This document shows, in pieces, positions 1 to 9,496 of a stretch of 64,000 nt of DNA (the stretch's first letter is position 1; the number at the start of each line of letters is the position of its first letter). Under the pieces are notes generated by a model. The model saw only the letters and a list, made by a program, of their open reading frames with translations, was not told where the DNA came from and searched no databases. This DNA comes from a virus (taxonomy: Duplodnaviria; Caudoviricetes), in the IMG/VR virus record IMGVR_UViG_3300037418_002116, one strand, 5' to 3'. The position numbers and the translations under genes are program-made.

Positions 1-1
1 C

Positions 2-778
2 GCTCGCTTTTGGCAACCAACCGTTGACAAAGCTGGCAATGGCAACGCTCTTATTCGCTTCCTCCCTGCATCAAAGGAAGATGGTATTGACGCTCTCCCA
101 TGGGTGAAGTACTTTGAACACGGCTTCAAAGGCCCATCGGGCAAGTGGTATATCGAAAAATCCCTTACTTCGCTAGGTCAGAAAGACCCCGTTTCCGAGT
201 ATAATTCTATGCTTTGGAACAAGGGGACCGATGAAGCCAAGGAAATCGCACGTGCACAGAAGCGCAAGCTTGTGTTTGTGTCGAACATTCTGGTAATTAC
301 CGATCCGGGTAATCCAGAAAACAACGGCAAAGTATTCCTGTTCAAGTATGGTCAAAAGATTTTTGAGAAGATCAAGAATATCATGACTCCGGATGAAGCA
401 CTTGGTGAAGAACCAAATGATCCGTTCGATTTCTGGACAGGCCAGAACTTCAAGCTTAAGATCAAGAAAGTTGGCGATTTCCGCAACTACGATGACTCTA
501 GCTTCGCAACTCCATCTGTTCTGTTCAAGAAAGATGAAGAAATCGAAGCCGTCTGGAATTCGCAGTACTCGCTATCGGAATTCCTTGATCCGAAGAACTA
601 CGAAAATTATGACGATCTTCAAAAGAAGCTTCATGAAGTCCTACAGATTCAGACCGAATCTGTTTCAACGACCGCTGAACGCCTTTCTATGAAGGTTGAT
701 GCCGAAGTAGCAAGCGCTGATGCAGAAGTCGAAAGCGGTGAAGACGCCGATTTGGACGAAATTCTGAAAAACTTGTAA
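2..778 (+). CDS. gp32: Single-stranded DNA-binding protein, 5' truncated by window edge
   Basis: Frame open from base 2: RFWQPTVDKAGNGNALIRFLP...WVKYFEHGFKGPSGKWYIE...FLFKYGQKIF...PFDFWTGQNFKLKIKKV; acidic tail ending LDEILKNL. Confidence 0.95.
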   Translation, partial: ARFWQPTVDKAGNGNALIRFLPASKEDGIDALPWVKYFEHGFKGPSGKWYIEKSLTSLGQKDPVSEYNSMLWNKGTDEAKEIARAQKRKLVFVSNILVITDPGNPENNGKVFLFKYGQKIFEKIKNIMTPDEALGEEPNDPFDFWTGQNFKLKIKKVGDFRNYDDSSFATPSVLFKKDEEIEAVWNSQYSLSEFLDPKNYENYDDLQKKLHEVLQIQTESVSTTAERLSMKVDAEVASADAEVESGEDADLDEILKNL

Positions 779-829
779 TCTCGAAACCTGATTTACTTCG
801 TTGAAGTAGTCAAGGTAGCCACCGAGGGC

Positions 830-863
830 AAAAGAGGAAGACTTAATTGTCTTCCTCTTTTTT
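830..863. terminator. Bidirectional intrinsic terminator between convergent gp32 and gp16
   Basis: 13-bp stem AAAAGAGGAAGAC/GTCTTCCTCTTTT, loop TTAATT, T-run on + and A-run for -. Confidence 0.85.
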
Positions 864-1340
864 ATTGTTCAATGCGTCTAGAGTTTGTTCTAGAGTTCCG
901 GTGAAAACGGCCTTGTCGATGTAGACCTTTGCGTTTCCATTCGTATCCGGCATATAAATTTTTCTTTTTTTCTCGATATACGCCATCTTCGAAGAAAAAA
1001 TATTTACTCGCTTTTCGTTGCCATCGATGATGGTTTTGAGCAAGCCGTTGAGCGCTTGGAAGTCTTTGTCATCTTCCGTGTCAGAGGCTATCTGTGCGGC
1101 CTTTTCAGCCGCCTCTACAGCGATTTCCAAGGCATCTGCTATGTTGCGTCTCGCTTCCTCGAAATCTGCCTGTAGCTGTTGCTCTTCGGCATCCATCGGT
1201 TCCGTGACCGCACCGCCGACACTCACGGGAGCCGGAAGATTTTGTGCTTCCGTTAGGGTTTCCGGTTGAGTGTCCGTTAGGTTTTCGTGTTCCGGTTCTG
1301 GATCGATATCCAAAATTTCATGAATTAATTTTTTTGTCAT
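843..1340 (-). CDS. gp16: Terminase small subunit
   Basis: DFEEARRNI...ALNGLLKTIID...KAVFTGT pattern of cyanophage-type gp16; directly downstream of gp15 with ATGA overlap. Confidence 0.75.
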   Translation of the reverse strand: MTKKLIHEILDIDPEPEHENLTDTQPETLTEAQNLPAPVSVGGAVTEPMDAEEQQLQADFEEARRNIADALEIAVEAAEKAAQIASDTEDDKDFQALNGLLKTIIDGNEKRVNIFSSKMAYIEKKRKIYMPDTNGNAKVYIDKAVFTGTLEQTLDALNNKKEEDN

Positions 1341-2209
1341 TTGTCGGTTCCTGTCACAGGATCATATTTCTTTCCGTCCTGAAACTCTTGAATGGCAGTA
1401 ATGAAGCCATAATCGTCTTCTTTATTTATGTCCTGATATGGGATTGTAAGATTTGGGTCTGATGTGGGTTGGCCATCGCTTGTCAGACCGGGAGTCACCA
1501 TGATACGAGCAACACGCCCATGGGCCTGCATTTCGTCTTCTGTGATTTTTCCAAGGCCGGGTATCGAGTGGAAATCCACCTGAACACGTTTGATCACTCC
1601 TGATTTCTGAATCGGGCCAAAAATCCATCCATCGATTTCGAAGTTGAAGGTAGCAGTCAGCACACGGCGTTCCTTGAAATCGCCATCGTAAATGTCGTCC
1701 ATCGTCGGTGCATCCAACATGTTGACACGAGCATCATATTTGTAGGCAGAGCCCGGAATCAAATCGAGCGTCGTGTTGAAATCACCATTGAAGAATGGGA
1801 CAATCTGTTCCACAATCTGGTATACATCATCCGTGTTAACCGACATTGCATAGAGTTGAAATTTAAATTTCACGGCAACCGGCATGAATTGTGTAAGAAC
1901 TTTGTTTCCATCATCGACAATAGACACCAATTTATGTATGGCATTGTTCTTACGGCTTTCATCGATTGTGAAACCATCGCAAATGAACCCCATGCGAGGC
2001 AATTGTATCTTGACAACTGGATTGTTGGCAGGGTGATCCTTCATCAATGCGTACCATTTTTGCTTTGGAGCATAGGTGATAGGAACCTTTATTTGTTGAA
2101 GTTCCGTTTTGTCAGCCGCCAGACGGGTAATGTAGATTTCATTGAAAATGTTTCCGAACATAATCACGTATTTTCTGGTAGTCGAGTGATAAAAGCTGTG
2201 GCCTAAAAT
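1337..2209 (-). CDS. gp15: Tail sheath stabilizer/tail terminator; probable ATT start
   Basis: FYHSTTRKYVIMFGNIFN...IKVPITYAPKQKW...LPRMGF; AGGAGG 5 nt before ATT at 2209, in-frame TAG just upstream. Confidence 0.92.
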   Translation of the reverse strand: MLGHSFYHSTTRKYVIMFGNIFNEIYITRLAADKTELQQIKVPITYAPKQKWYALMKDHPANNPVVKIQLPRMGFICDGFTIDESRKNNAIHKLVSIVDDGNKVLTQFMPVAVKFKFQLYAMSVNTDDVYQIVEQIVPFFNGDFNTTLDLIPGSAYKYDARVNMLDAPTMDDIYDGDFKERRVLTATFNFEIDGWIFGPIQKSGVIKRVQVDFHSIPGLGKITEDEMQAHGRVARIMVTPGLTSDGQPTSDPNLTIPYQDINKEDDYGFITAIQEFQDGKKYDPVTGTDK

Positions 2210-2239
2210 TTTAACCTCCTACTAATTTAAATGGGATAC

Positions 2240-3097
2240 TTACCATTTGAAATCGGTGTTTCTTTTGACGAATGGAGAAATTTCAGAGAAATCTACAACG
2301 CCATCAGCTTCATCAGTGAGAAGCTTGTTGTCCGCTTGTTTGTCCGTATCTTCAACCTGAACGTCTTCATCAATAATCGTGGCTTGGTCTGTATCGTCTT
2401 CCAATTTGATGGAATCGTCATCTTCCGTGGTCATTGGAGAACGCATAAGATCGCCAGAGAACAAATCTTCGATTGAATCGATTTCCGTGTCACCGGTATC
2501 AAGTTTTTCGTGACTGTATTCGAACAATTCACAGAACAATTCGTATGTCTGCAATGAACCACCTTGATAAAAAATGGCGTCGTGCTGTACGAATTTGATT
2601 TCGAAAAGACGCTGGAATGTGGATACCCAGATTAGATCGCCTTCACGGGGACGGTCATAAGGGATATAGTATCCTTCGATATTGCCTTCTTCCATCAAAA
2701 TGCCATTCAATTGGCCGGGCATGTAGCGATTGGTAACCTCTTGCTCCATCGTGTCATCATTTTCCGACATCAGATGTTCCAATCGAACTTCCTCAAAACG
2801 CTTGCGAGATATAGAGAGATGCAATTCATCTTTGATTTGCACATCGAATTTCGACATGAATCGAGCGCCGTCGAATCCTTCCGTATTGTTCGGATAAGCT
2901 TCGATCATCACGGCATCATTGAAGGAATTGACGGTCGATTCCCCGAAAAGATCGTCCAAATTCACGGAAGTACGTGGCAAATAATTTACCCAGAAACCCA
3001 TATTTTTGATAGCACCTATGGTGAGGTCTTCAAACAACTTTTGGGTTGGACCAAAGATGTAGTTGTTAATATATCTATTGGGTGAAAGTGAAGCCAT
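2240..3097 (-). CDS. gp14: Neck protein
   Basis: YLPRTSVNLDDLFGE...IEAY..N.EGF.G...MSKF...P.EGDLIW...LFEIKFVQH...FYQ.G...YEL.CELFEYS.E.LDTG. Confidence 0.93.
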   Translation of the reverse strand: MASLSPNRYINNYIFGPTQKLFEDLTIGAIKNMGFWVNYLPRTSVNLDDLFGESTVNSFNDAVMIEAYPNNTEGFDGARFMSKFDVQIKDELHLSISRKRFEEVRLEHLMSENDDTMEQEVTNRYMPGQLNGILMEEGNIEGYYIPYDRPREGDLIWVSTFQRLFEIKFVQHDAIFYQGGSLQTYELFCELFEYSHEKLDTGDTEIDSIEDLFSGDLMRSPMTTEDDDSIKLEDDTDQATIIDEDVQVEDTDKQADNKLLTDEADGVVDFSEISPFVKRNTDFKW

Positions 3098-3100
3098 CTA

Positions 3101-6100
3101 TCATCTCTTTATGAATTTATTCAAGTATTTATCATATGAAAAATTATTGTCATCGTTCGTGGTATTTCCTATAACACCAAGTGTTGTATTAGAATTTTTC
3201 GTATATCCGGGCACTTTGATACCTTTTGTAAATGTTCGCAAGTAATCATCGTAACTAAGTCTGTTACTCTGGACATATCTCGCAATAGCGATCACTGTAT
3301 CATTTTGTTCGATGCAAACTAGAACGCCTTCAAGTTCGGCATGTAGTCCGAATGCATCTACAAGATCGTTCTCTTCTGCTATATTTGCAAAAGCTTGAAT
3401 TCTTAGCGAGGCTGTATCTTCATCGTTATCATCATCTTCAACGATAGAAGCCGAACCACTAATGCTTAGTGTAGAAGTTCCGTCGATATTGTCATTATCT
3501 TCTACAAGATCGCCAAAAGCCCGAATAGAAATTGCGGTTGATGAAGATACGTTATCATCATTTTCAATTGCTGAAAGCGCCGCTTGAATTATCAGACGAG
3601 TAGCGGATACGAGTCCGTCATCCGCTTCGCCAATAGAAGCACTACCATGTACAGCGATGGCCGATGCAGACGATTCCGTGTCTGAACCTTCGGTGATCGA
3701 GGCCGAAGCCTTAATTGCGATAGCGCCAGTCGCAGAAACAGTATCATTGGCTTCTGCAATCGAGGCAGAAGTTTTAATCGAAATAACACTACTTGCCGAT
3801 ACTGTGTCACCAGATTCTTGAAGGTTGCTGGTGCCTTTGATAAGCAGTGTTGCGGGTGACGATACGGCATCATCAGCTTCTACAATACCCGCTACATCTT
3901 TGATAAGCAGTGTTGCGGTTGACGATACGGTATCGTCACCTTCCGTGACATTCAATATGCCTAGTACTATACCAGCCGCCGCAGCCAATGTGTCATCGGC
4001 TTCTGTAATCGATGCCGTGGCTTTAAGCGGCAATGTAGCAACAGAAGTGAACGTGTCATTGGCTTCTGTAATATTCGCAGTTGCTACCTGTGGCGGCACA
4101 AAGCCTACAGCCGAAACCGTGTCATTGGCTTCTGTAATCGAGGCAGAAGCTTTCAGAGTGATTGTCGAAGCAGAAGAAACCGTATCGTTTGCTTCTGTAA
4201 TATTTACAGTTGCAACCTGTGGCGGAACAAAACCTACAGCGGAAACCGTGTCATCCGCTTCGCTCAATGCAGCTACGGCATGAATTGGTGATGCGCCTGT
4301 AGAAGAAACAGAATCGTTTGCTTCTGTGGATGCTACAGCACCAGCAATCGCAACTTTAGTTGCAGAACCTAGACTATCGTCCGCTTCTGTTACGGATGAA
4401 GTAGCTTTGATAGGCAAAGCTGCTGTAGAAGAAACCGTATCGTTTGCTTCTGTTATAGCAGCATCCGCCGAACGACCACTAGTCAATACAGATGTTGCAC
4501 TTAGCGTATCACTATCTTCTGTGATAGAAGCATTGGCTTTGATTGCAATTGTAGCAGTAGATGAAGAAGTGTCGTTTGCTTCTGTTATGACAGGTGTAGA
4601 ACTGTCATAAGCAACAATGTTGTAGTCATTGTAGTCAAGAGCGGTAACAAACTTGCCGTCCGCAGAACAACTAACTTCCCAATACTGTCCGTTGTATGTA
4701 TTTGGTGGCGTTAGAGCAGTGAATGTTGTAAAGTGGTCTGTAGACTGATATACTGCTGCAAACGTACCATCACCACCTGACAAATACTGGATACTGCCAT
4801 CATCTGACAACGATAGGTAATGAAGTTCAGATGGGCTGGTTAACGTCTTTGACGTCCATGTCGTACCACCATTTGTCGAATAAAGGTAGGTATCGGCTAC
4901 TGGTGTTGTTGCTGAACGTGCTGTAACTGCAATTGTTTGACCATCGACAGAGCAATCGATGTCTTTGTACGCTGAATTTCCGTTAGGACCGGGTGAAGGA
5001 ATCGTTGTTACTTGAGTCCAACTGACACCAGAATTCGTGCTTTTCCATAGTCCTGTCAAAGTTAGGCCATAGATTACCGAGCCATCGCTTGAAAGTGCAA
5101 AATCAACCCATGTTCTAACACCAGCCGCAGTTAGTGACGCCCATGTTGAGCCCTGATTGTATGAGATTACAGGATGTGAACCAGTCGTTCCATTACGTTC
5201 ACCAGCAATGATGACAGAGCCATCATTCGACATTCCTACAGCTTGCCAGTTGCCTGTCAATTCTGCGAAAGTCGATGCGCCTGTGGCAGACCACGTTACG
5301 CCTCTATTGGTTGATTTATAAATGTCCCCGAAAGACAGCGGTGCAATTAGAATGCTACCATCGTAGTTGCTACCGAATAGGTAGGACTGTCCTGATAGAT
5401 TAGTCTGTTGAGTCCATGAAACACCCTTATCAGAAGATGTCCAAGGGAAATCAAACGCACCAGCGATGATCAGTGAACCGTCTGGCACAACATAAGCGCT
5501 GCCAGTCCAATTGAAACTGTTATCGCCGGAATTGGTTACAAAGAAGCCTTTTGGCTTGTTAGCAACGATAGAGATTGTAGCAGTAGAGCTTAGCGTATCG
5601 TTTGCCTCAGATACGCTTTCATTTGCCTTAATTGAAATCGTTGCAGTTGATGACAGTGTATCGTCTGCATCTGATGTGACACCATTTGCTTTAATCGGAA
5701 TCGTTGCTGTAGATGAAACAGTGTCATTGGCTTCTGTGATAGACGCCGCTGCCTTTATGGCCAGTGTCGATGGAGAGACAACAGTGTCACCGGCTTCTGT
5801 GATCGATGCAGAAGCTTTTAGAGCAATTGTGGATGTCGAAGCAACGGTATCATTGGCTTCCGTAATCGAGGCTGTACCTTTGATCGAAATTGTGGAAGTC
5901 GAAGCAACAGTGTCACCGGCTTCTGATATCGCACCAGAAGCCGTAATAGAAATTGTGGAAGCCGACGATACAGTATCGTTCGCTTCGGTGATAGAGGCAG
6001 TTCCGGCAATCGGCGTTACTTGGATAACTGCCGTCACAGTGTCATTTGCTTCTGTTATAGAAGCATTAGCCTTGATCGCAATCGTAGCAGTAGATGAAGT

Positions 6101-8353
6101 GGCGTCGTCGGCTTCTACAATGAATTGACCGGAATTTCCAACCGAGAAATACAGATCACTTGGAGTTCCAGTATAAGAAGTACCGCCAGTATAGATGCTC
6201 GCTGAACCATTAGGATAAGTGCCATTAAATTGACCGGAAGCGAAATAATAGTTTACTGTGTCAGTTGCACCACTTCTGCTAACCAACAGCATATACGTTG
6301 TACCTGCGTTGGCGGTAATCGGAGAAGGAAAGGTAAACGTGGTGTTGGTAGCAGTAATTGTTAATGTGGAGCCAGCAACAGTCGATGACGTCGCTAATAC
6401 GGTCGCACCAGTAGCATCACGCAACTCAACGTAGAGGTTGTCTGTAGGACTACCTTGCTTGGCCAATCTAACAACACAGCTATCAACAACTAATTGTTTA
6501 GATGGTGTGAAAGTCTGCGCTGCACCAATATTGCTAGCATTATAACCAACAAGCAATGTAGTATCGATCGTTGTTGGAAAATTGTATTCGCCGCTTGAAG
6601 ACGATGCTGTATTCGGGTTGCTATTGTGGCTTGCTGATGATAGTGTGTCATCAGCTTCCGTAGGAGTTGAAGTAGCTTTAATCGCAATTGTTGTTGCTGA
6701 TGCAACTGTATCACTGTCTTCTGTAATAGAAGAAGTGCCAGAAATACCAAGTGTTCGAATCGTATATTCATTGTATTTCAATGTTCCATTGTCATTCATA
6801 ATGTATGGAAATACGATTGAATTGCCAGATTGATAAACGGCTCTTGCGTCGTGAGAGATAATCGAAACACTGGTTGTTCCGGTGTAGTCGAGTGTACCAG
6901 AACCCCAAGTTGCGCCGTTATCTGTAGAAGTCTTTACAGAAAGTGTTGTCGATCCAAGACCATAGTATGCATACACATTTCCGCTATCGTTGAATAGTCT
7001 GATAGAACCGCTGTTAGTACCGCCAGTTGATGTTCCGGTAACTGTTGGCGTCAGTGCAGAGTCAAAACGCATACCTTGTGGGGTAATTACCGTCTGGTTT
7101 ACCGATGTACCATGAGCAAATACTATTCTCTGGTTTGTACTTAGGTATGATGTCGATGTACAGACAGGCCCCGGAGTAGAATATAGGAAAGTAGTTGCCG
7201 TTGATTGTGTTTGTAGGACGTTTGCACTAGACAACGCTCTTTGTGCTGCCGTTCCCGACGCCGCAGAGAAAATAAAATGAATAATGTCACTGGTGCCCAG
7301 AATAGCATCAAATACAATACCATCGAATGCGCCACCAGCATCAACCGCCGTGTTGGTCGTCCAAACGCCACCCGTCGAACGACGTGAGTACACGGTTCTT
7401 GAGTAAGAGTTGCTCATGCTGACAACACGAGCGCCTTGGTGCAAGACTACGACTGAACCATCGGAACGAACGATGATCGAATTGGTGTATGCGTTGATTA
7501 GTGCGTTAGTTTGTGTATTCAGCGCAGACGTAATTGTTTCGACAGTACCGAATGTATCTGACGATATATCGAAAGTAAGATATTTGAAGTTTACAGATGT
7601 TGTCGCACCATCTGTTATACACAAGTGGATGATGTTACCTACTTGGAATCCAGAAATCCACTGAATTCCGGTAGTGAAGCCAGTTTTTGTAGTGACACTT
7701 GACCAAGAGGAAGTTGGTGCTGTTGATTTATATGCCTGCAATGTTGTTGCAGTCGTACCATCGACTGCAAAGAAATAGAATGCAGAAGAACCGGCAGTAC
7801 TTATCTTGAATAGCGCATCCGTGGACGTTCCCTGACTGTTCCCCACACCACTGGCGGTGCTGTAAGTGTGGAGTTCACCCCCTGTGTAAACATTATCTGT
7901 ACTCCAATCAAGGAGATAATAATTGCTTGCATCCGCCGCTCCTGAACGGGTGATCACGATGTAATAGATCGTTGAAGCCGATAATGCATATGGAGTACTG
8001 AATGTGAAATTCACCCATGCATAAGAGGTTGTTAGTGATGAACCGGCAACCGTTGCAGATGTAGCCAGTACTGTGGTTCCATCAGATGCAACAATGAGTG
8101 CAGTAAGATTATCGGTAGGGCTTCCGAATTTTTTTAGAGAGAAAGAGGCAGTTGCGATAGTAACAGCGCTGCCTGTAGTGATTTTTTGGGCCATGCCTAT
8201 ACGGCTAGTGGCATCACCCCAAAGGTTGTTAGCATCGCTCAAACCCGCTGAATTAAGGGATTGGGCATATGCAGTACCCGGTGGCGTTCCTAGAAACGGA
8301 CCTACAGGATTTACAGTTGAGCTTATACCAGTAATTGTTACAGGTAGAGTCAT
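3101..8353 (-). CDS. 1750-aa Ser/Thr-rich virion fibre-like protein with about 32 copies of a 21-aa repeat, two related beta-sandwich domains and BNR/Asp-box propeller segments
   Basis: Repeat consensus ASITEANDTVSSTATIAIKA; two AQxxT...GSPTDNL...TVLATS.TVAGS domains; S.D.G.TW Asp-boxes; lies in late neck cluster. Confidence 0.8.
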   Translation of the reverse strand: MTLPVTITGISSTVNPVGPFLGTPPGTAYAQSLNSAGLSDANNLWGDATSRIGMAQKITTGSAVTIATASFSLKKFGSPTDNLTALIVASDGTTVLATSATVAGSSLTTSYAWVNFTFSTPYALSASTIYYIVITRSGAADASNYYLLDWSTDNVYTGGELHTYSTASGVGNSQGTSTDALFKISTAGSSAFYFFAVDGTTATTLQAYKSTAPTSSWSSVTTKTGFTTGIQWISGFQVGNIIHLCITDGATTSVNFKYLTFDISSDTFGTVETITSALNTQTNALINAYTNSIIVRSDGSVVVLHQGARVVSMSNSYSRTVYSRRSTGGVWTTNTAVDAGGAFDGIVFDAILGTSDIIHFIFSAASGTAAQRALSSANVLQTQSTATTFLYSTPGPVCTSTSYLSTNQRIVFAHGTSVNQTVITPQGMRFDSALTPTVTGTSTGGTNSGSIRLFNDSGNVYAYYGLGSTTLSVKTSTDNGATWGSGTLDYTGTTSVSIISHDARAVYQSGNSIVFPYIMNDNGTLKYNEYTIRTLGISGTSSITEDSDTVASATTIAIKATSTPTEADDTLSSASHNSNPNTASSSSGEYNFPTTIDTTLLVGYNASNIGAAQTFTPSKQLVVDSCVVRLAKQGSPTDNLYVELRDATGATVLATSSTVAGSTLTITATNTTFTFPSPITANAGTTYMLLVSRSGATDTVNYYFASGQFNGTYPNGSASIYTGGTSYTGTPSDLYFSVGNSGQFIVEADDATSSTATIAIKANASITEANDTVTAVIQVTPIAGTASITEANDTVSSASTISITASGAISEAGDTVASTSTISIKGTASITEANDTVASTSTIALKASASITEAGDTVVSPSTLAIKAAASITEANDTVSSTATIPIKANGVTSDADDTLSSTATISIKANESVSEANDTLSSTATISIVANKPKGFFVTNSGDNSFNWTGSAYVVPDGSLIIAGAFDFPWTSSDKGVSWTQQTNLSGQSYLFGSNYDGSILIAPLSFGDIYKSTNRGVTWSATGASTFAELTGNWQAVGMSNDGSVIIAGERNGTTGSHPVISYNQGSTWASLTAAGVRTWVDFALSSDGSVIYGLTLTGLWKSTNSGVSWTQVTTIPSPGPNGNSAYKDIDCSVDGQTIAVTARSATTPVADTYLYSTNGGTTWTSKTLTSPSELHYLSLSDDGSIQYLSGGDGTFAAVYQSTDHFTTFTALTPPNTYNGQYWEVSCSADGKFVTALDYNDYNIVAYDSSTPVITEANDTSSSTATIAIKANASITEDSDTLSATSVLTSGRSADAAITEANDTVSSTAALPIKATSSVTEADDSLGSATKVAIAGAVASTEANDSVSSTGASPIHAVAALSEADDTVSAVGFVPPQVATVNITEANDTVSSASTITLKASASITEANDTVSAVGFVPPQVATANITEANDTFTSVATLPLKATASITEADDTLAAAAGIVLGILNVTEGDDTVSSTATLLIKDVAGIVEADDAVSSPATLLIKGTSNLQESGDTVSASSVISIKTSASIAEANDTVSATGAIAIKASASITEGSDTESSASAIAVHGSASIGEADDGLVSATRLIIQAALSAIENDDNVSSSTAISIRAFGDLVEDNDNIDGTSTLSISGSASIVEDDDNDEDTASLRIQAFANIAEENDLVDAFGLHAELEGVLVCIEQNDTVIAIARYVQSNRLSYDDYLRTFTKGIKVPGYTKNSNTTLGVIGNTTNDDNNFSYDKYLNKFIKR

Positions 8354-8931
8354 TAGATCACCACATCAGAACCACGTCTGATCACCAAATCCGGTGAAAG
8401 AAGCGCTTTCCAATCCTCTATTGACTTCATGTTTAATGGTGAACCTTCTGAACTAGGTGTAATACATGACACCCAATGAACAACTTTTGGTGCCAGAAAT
8501 CTTAAATTTTTTGCGAGTTCCAAGCATTCGTCATCCGACAAATTTGGCATCACGTCTTCCGTGATCGCTATATCGATCTTACCTCCCGCAAAATTCTCGA
8601 TATTTTCACGACTTTTCTCGGATAGAGAATCTTCATTCAGAATTTGAATTTTTGCATGGATATGTTTGTTTTCATGAATCCATGTTGAAATATCTGTGGC
8701 GGTCACATTCAAACCTTGGGCAATCCAGTCTTCCGCAGACCAGCCAAAACCAGCCCCAATCAAAGCTATTCTTTGAGTAGGTTGCAAATCCAATGCATTT
8801 TTCAATATTAAATGATCATTTCCGTAATATTGTGTTTTTGCCGAACGAACGTACCCAACGACAACACCGTCAACAAGACAACTATACAGTGAAGACCAAG
8901 TAGTTTCTAGGTTGCTATCTACCAAAGGCAC
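8353..8931 (-). CDS. Class I SAM-dependent methyltransferase-like protein
   Basis: IALIGAGFGW motif I, VTATDIS motif II. Confidence 0.55.
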   Translation of the reverse strand: MPLVDSNLETTWSSLYSCLVDGVVVGYVRSAKTQYYGNDHLILKNALDLQPTQRIALIGAGFGWSAEDWIAQGLNVTATDISTWIHENKHIHAKIQILNEDSLSEKSRENIENFAGGKIDIAITEDVMPNLSDDECLELAKNLRFLAPKVVHWVSCITPSSEGSPLNMKSIEDWKALLSPDLVIRRGSDVVI

Positions 8932-8982
8932 CGATACAAATTCCCCAAATATAACAATACTATTTAGGCTATACTGTCTTCT

Positions 8983-9022
8983 AAAAACAAAAAGCCCCCA
9001 CCGTGAGGTAAGGGGCTTTTTG
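8983..9022 (-). terminator. Intrinsic terminator after the 134-aa virion gene
   Basis: AAAAAGCCCC...GGGGCTTTTT stem followed on - strand by TTTTTGTTTTT. Confidence 0.8.
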
Positions 9023-9044
9023 CTTTATGAAAGGATTATGCAGT

Positions 9045-9449
9045 TTAAGCGTTACCGGCTGTCAATGTGAACGAAGTAACCGAGAATGCCTGTCCCGATG
9101 CGAACGAAGTGTTGTCAACGGTCATGTCGCCACCGCCGCCCGTAGCAGTAACGGTTCCCTGTGCATGACAAGTACCGCCAGACGAGAAGATACGGAAGTG
9201 ACCGGCTGTACCGGTCGCATCGGCAGATGTATCCTGCCATGTGCCAGACAATGCCTTTGTTCCGCCAGATGCAGCGGCCATCCAGTCAGAAGGCAAAGTA
9301 CATGTTGCAAGAACAGTACCGGAGTTAGCAGCGGCGCATGAAGCAGGAGCAGCACCAGATTTAATCAAAAGAGTTGGTGCAGTTCCAATAGTCGATTCGA
9401 CAACATCTAGACGTGCGTTACGAACTGCCACACTATATTGAAGGGTCAT
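9045..9449 (-). CDS. Small Ala/Gly/Thr-rich virion structural protein (probably abundant)
   Basis: RNARLD...SGAAPASC...GTVLAT..LP...A.G...FRI pattern recalled from phage/prophage structural genes; own late promoter and terminator. Confidence 0.65.
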   Translation of the reverse strand: MTLQYSVAVRNARLDVVESTIGTAPTLLIKSGAAPASCAAANSGTVLATCTLPSDWMAAASGGTKALSGTWQDTSADATGTAGHFRIFSSGGTCHAQGTVTATGGGGDMTVDNTSFASGQAFSVTSFTLTAGNA

Positions 9450-9484
9450 AAGTTATATTTCCTCTGAAAGTTAGATTTATATGT

Positions 9485-9492
9485 TATTTATA
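9485..9492 (-). promoter_or_regulatory. T4-type late promoter TATAAATA
   Basis: Exact consensus 36 nt upstream of 9449 ATG. Confidence 0.8.
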
Positions 9493-9496
9493 ATAT

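Noticed and set aside
3592-8381. Many + strand ORFs antisense to the giant fibre gene (and similar shadows over DUF4815, gp8 and gp5)
   Set aside because: Shadow frames caused by biased codon use; no SD, promoter or recognisable motifs.
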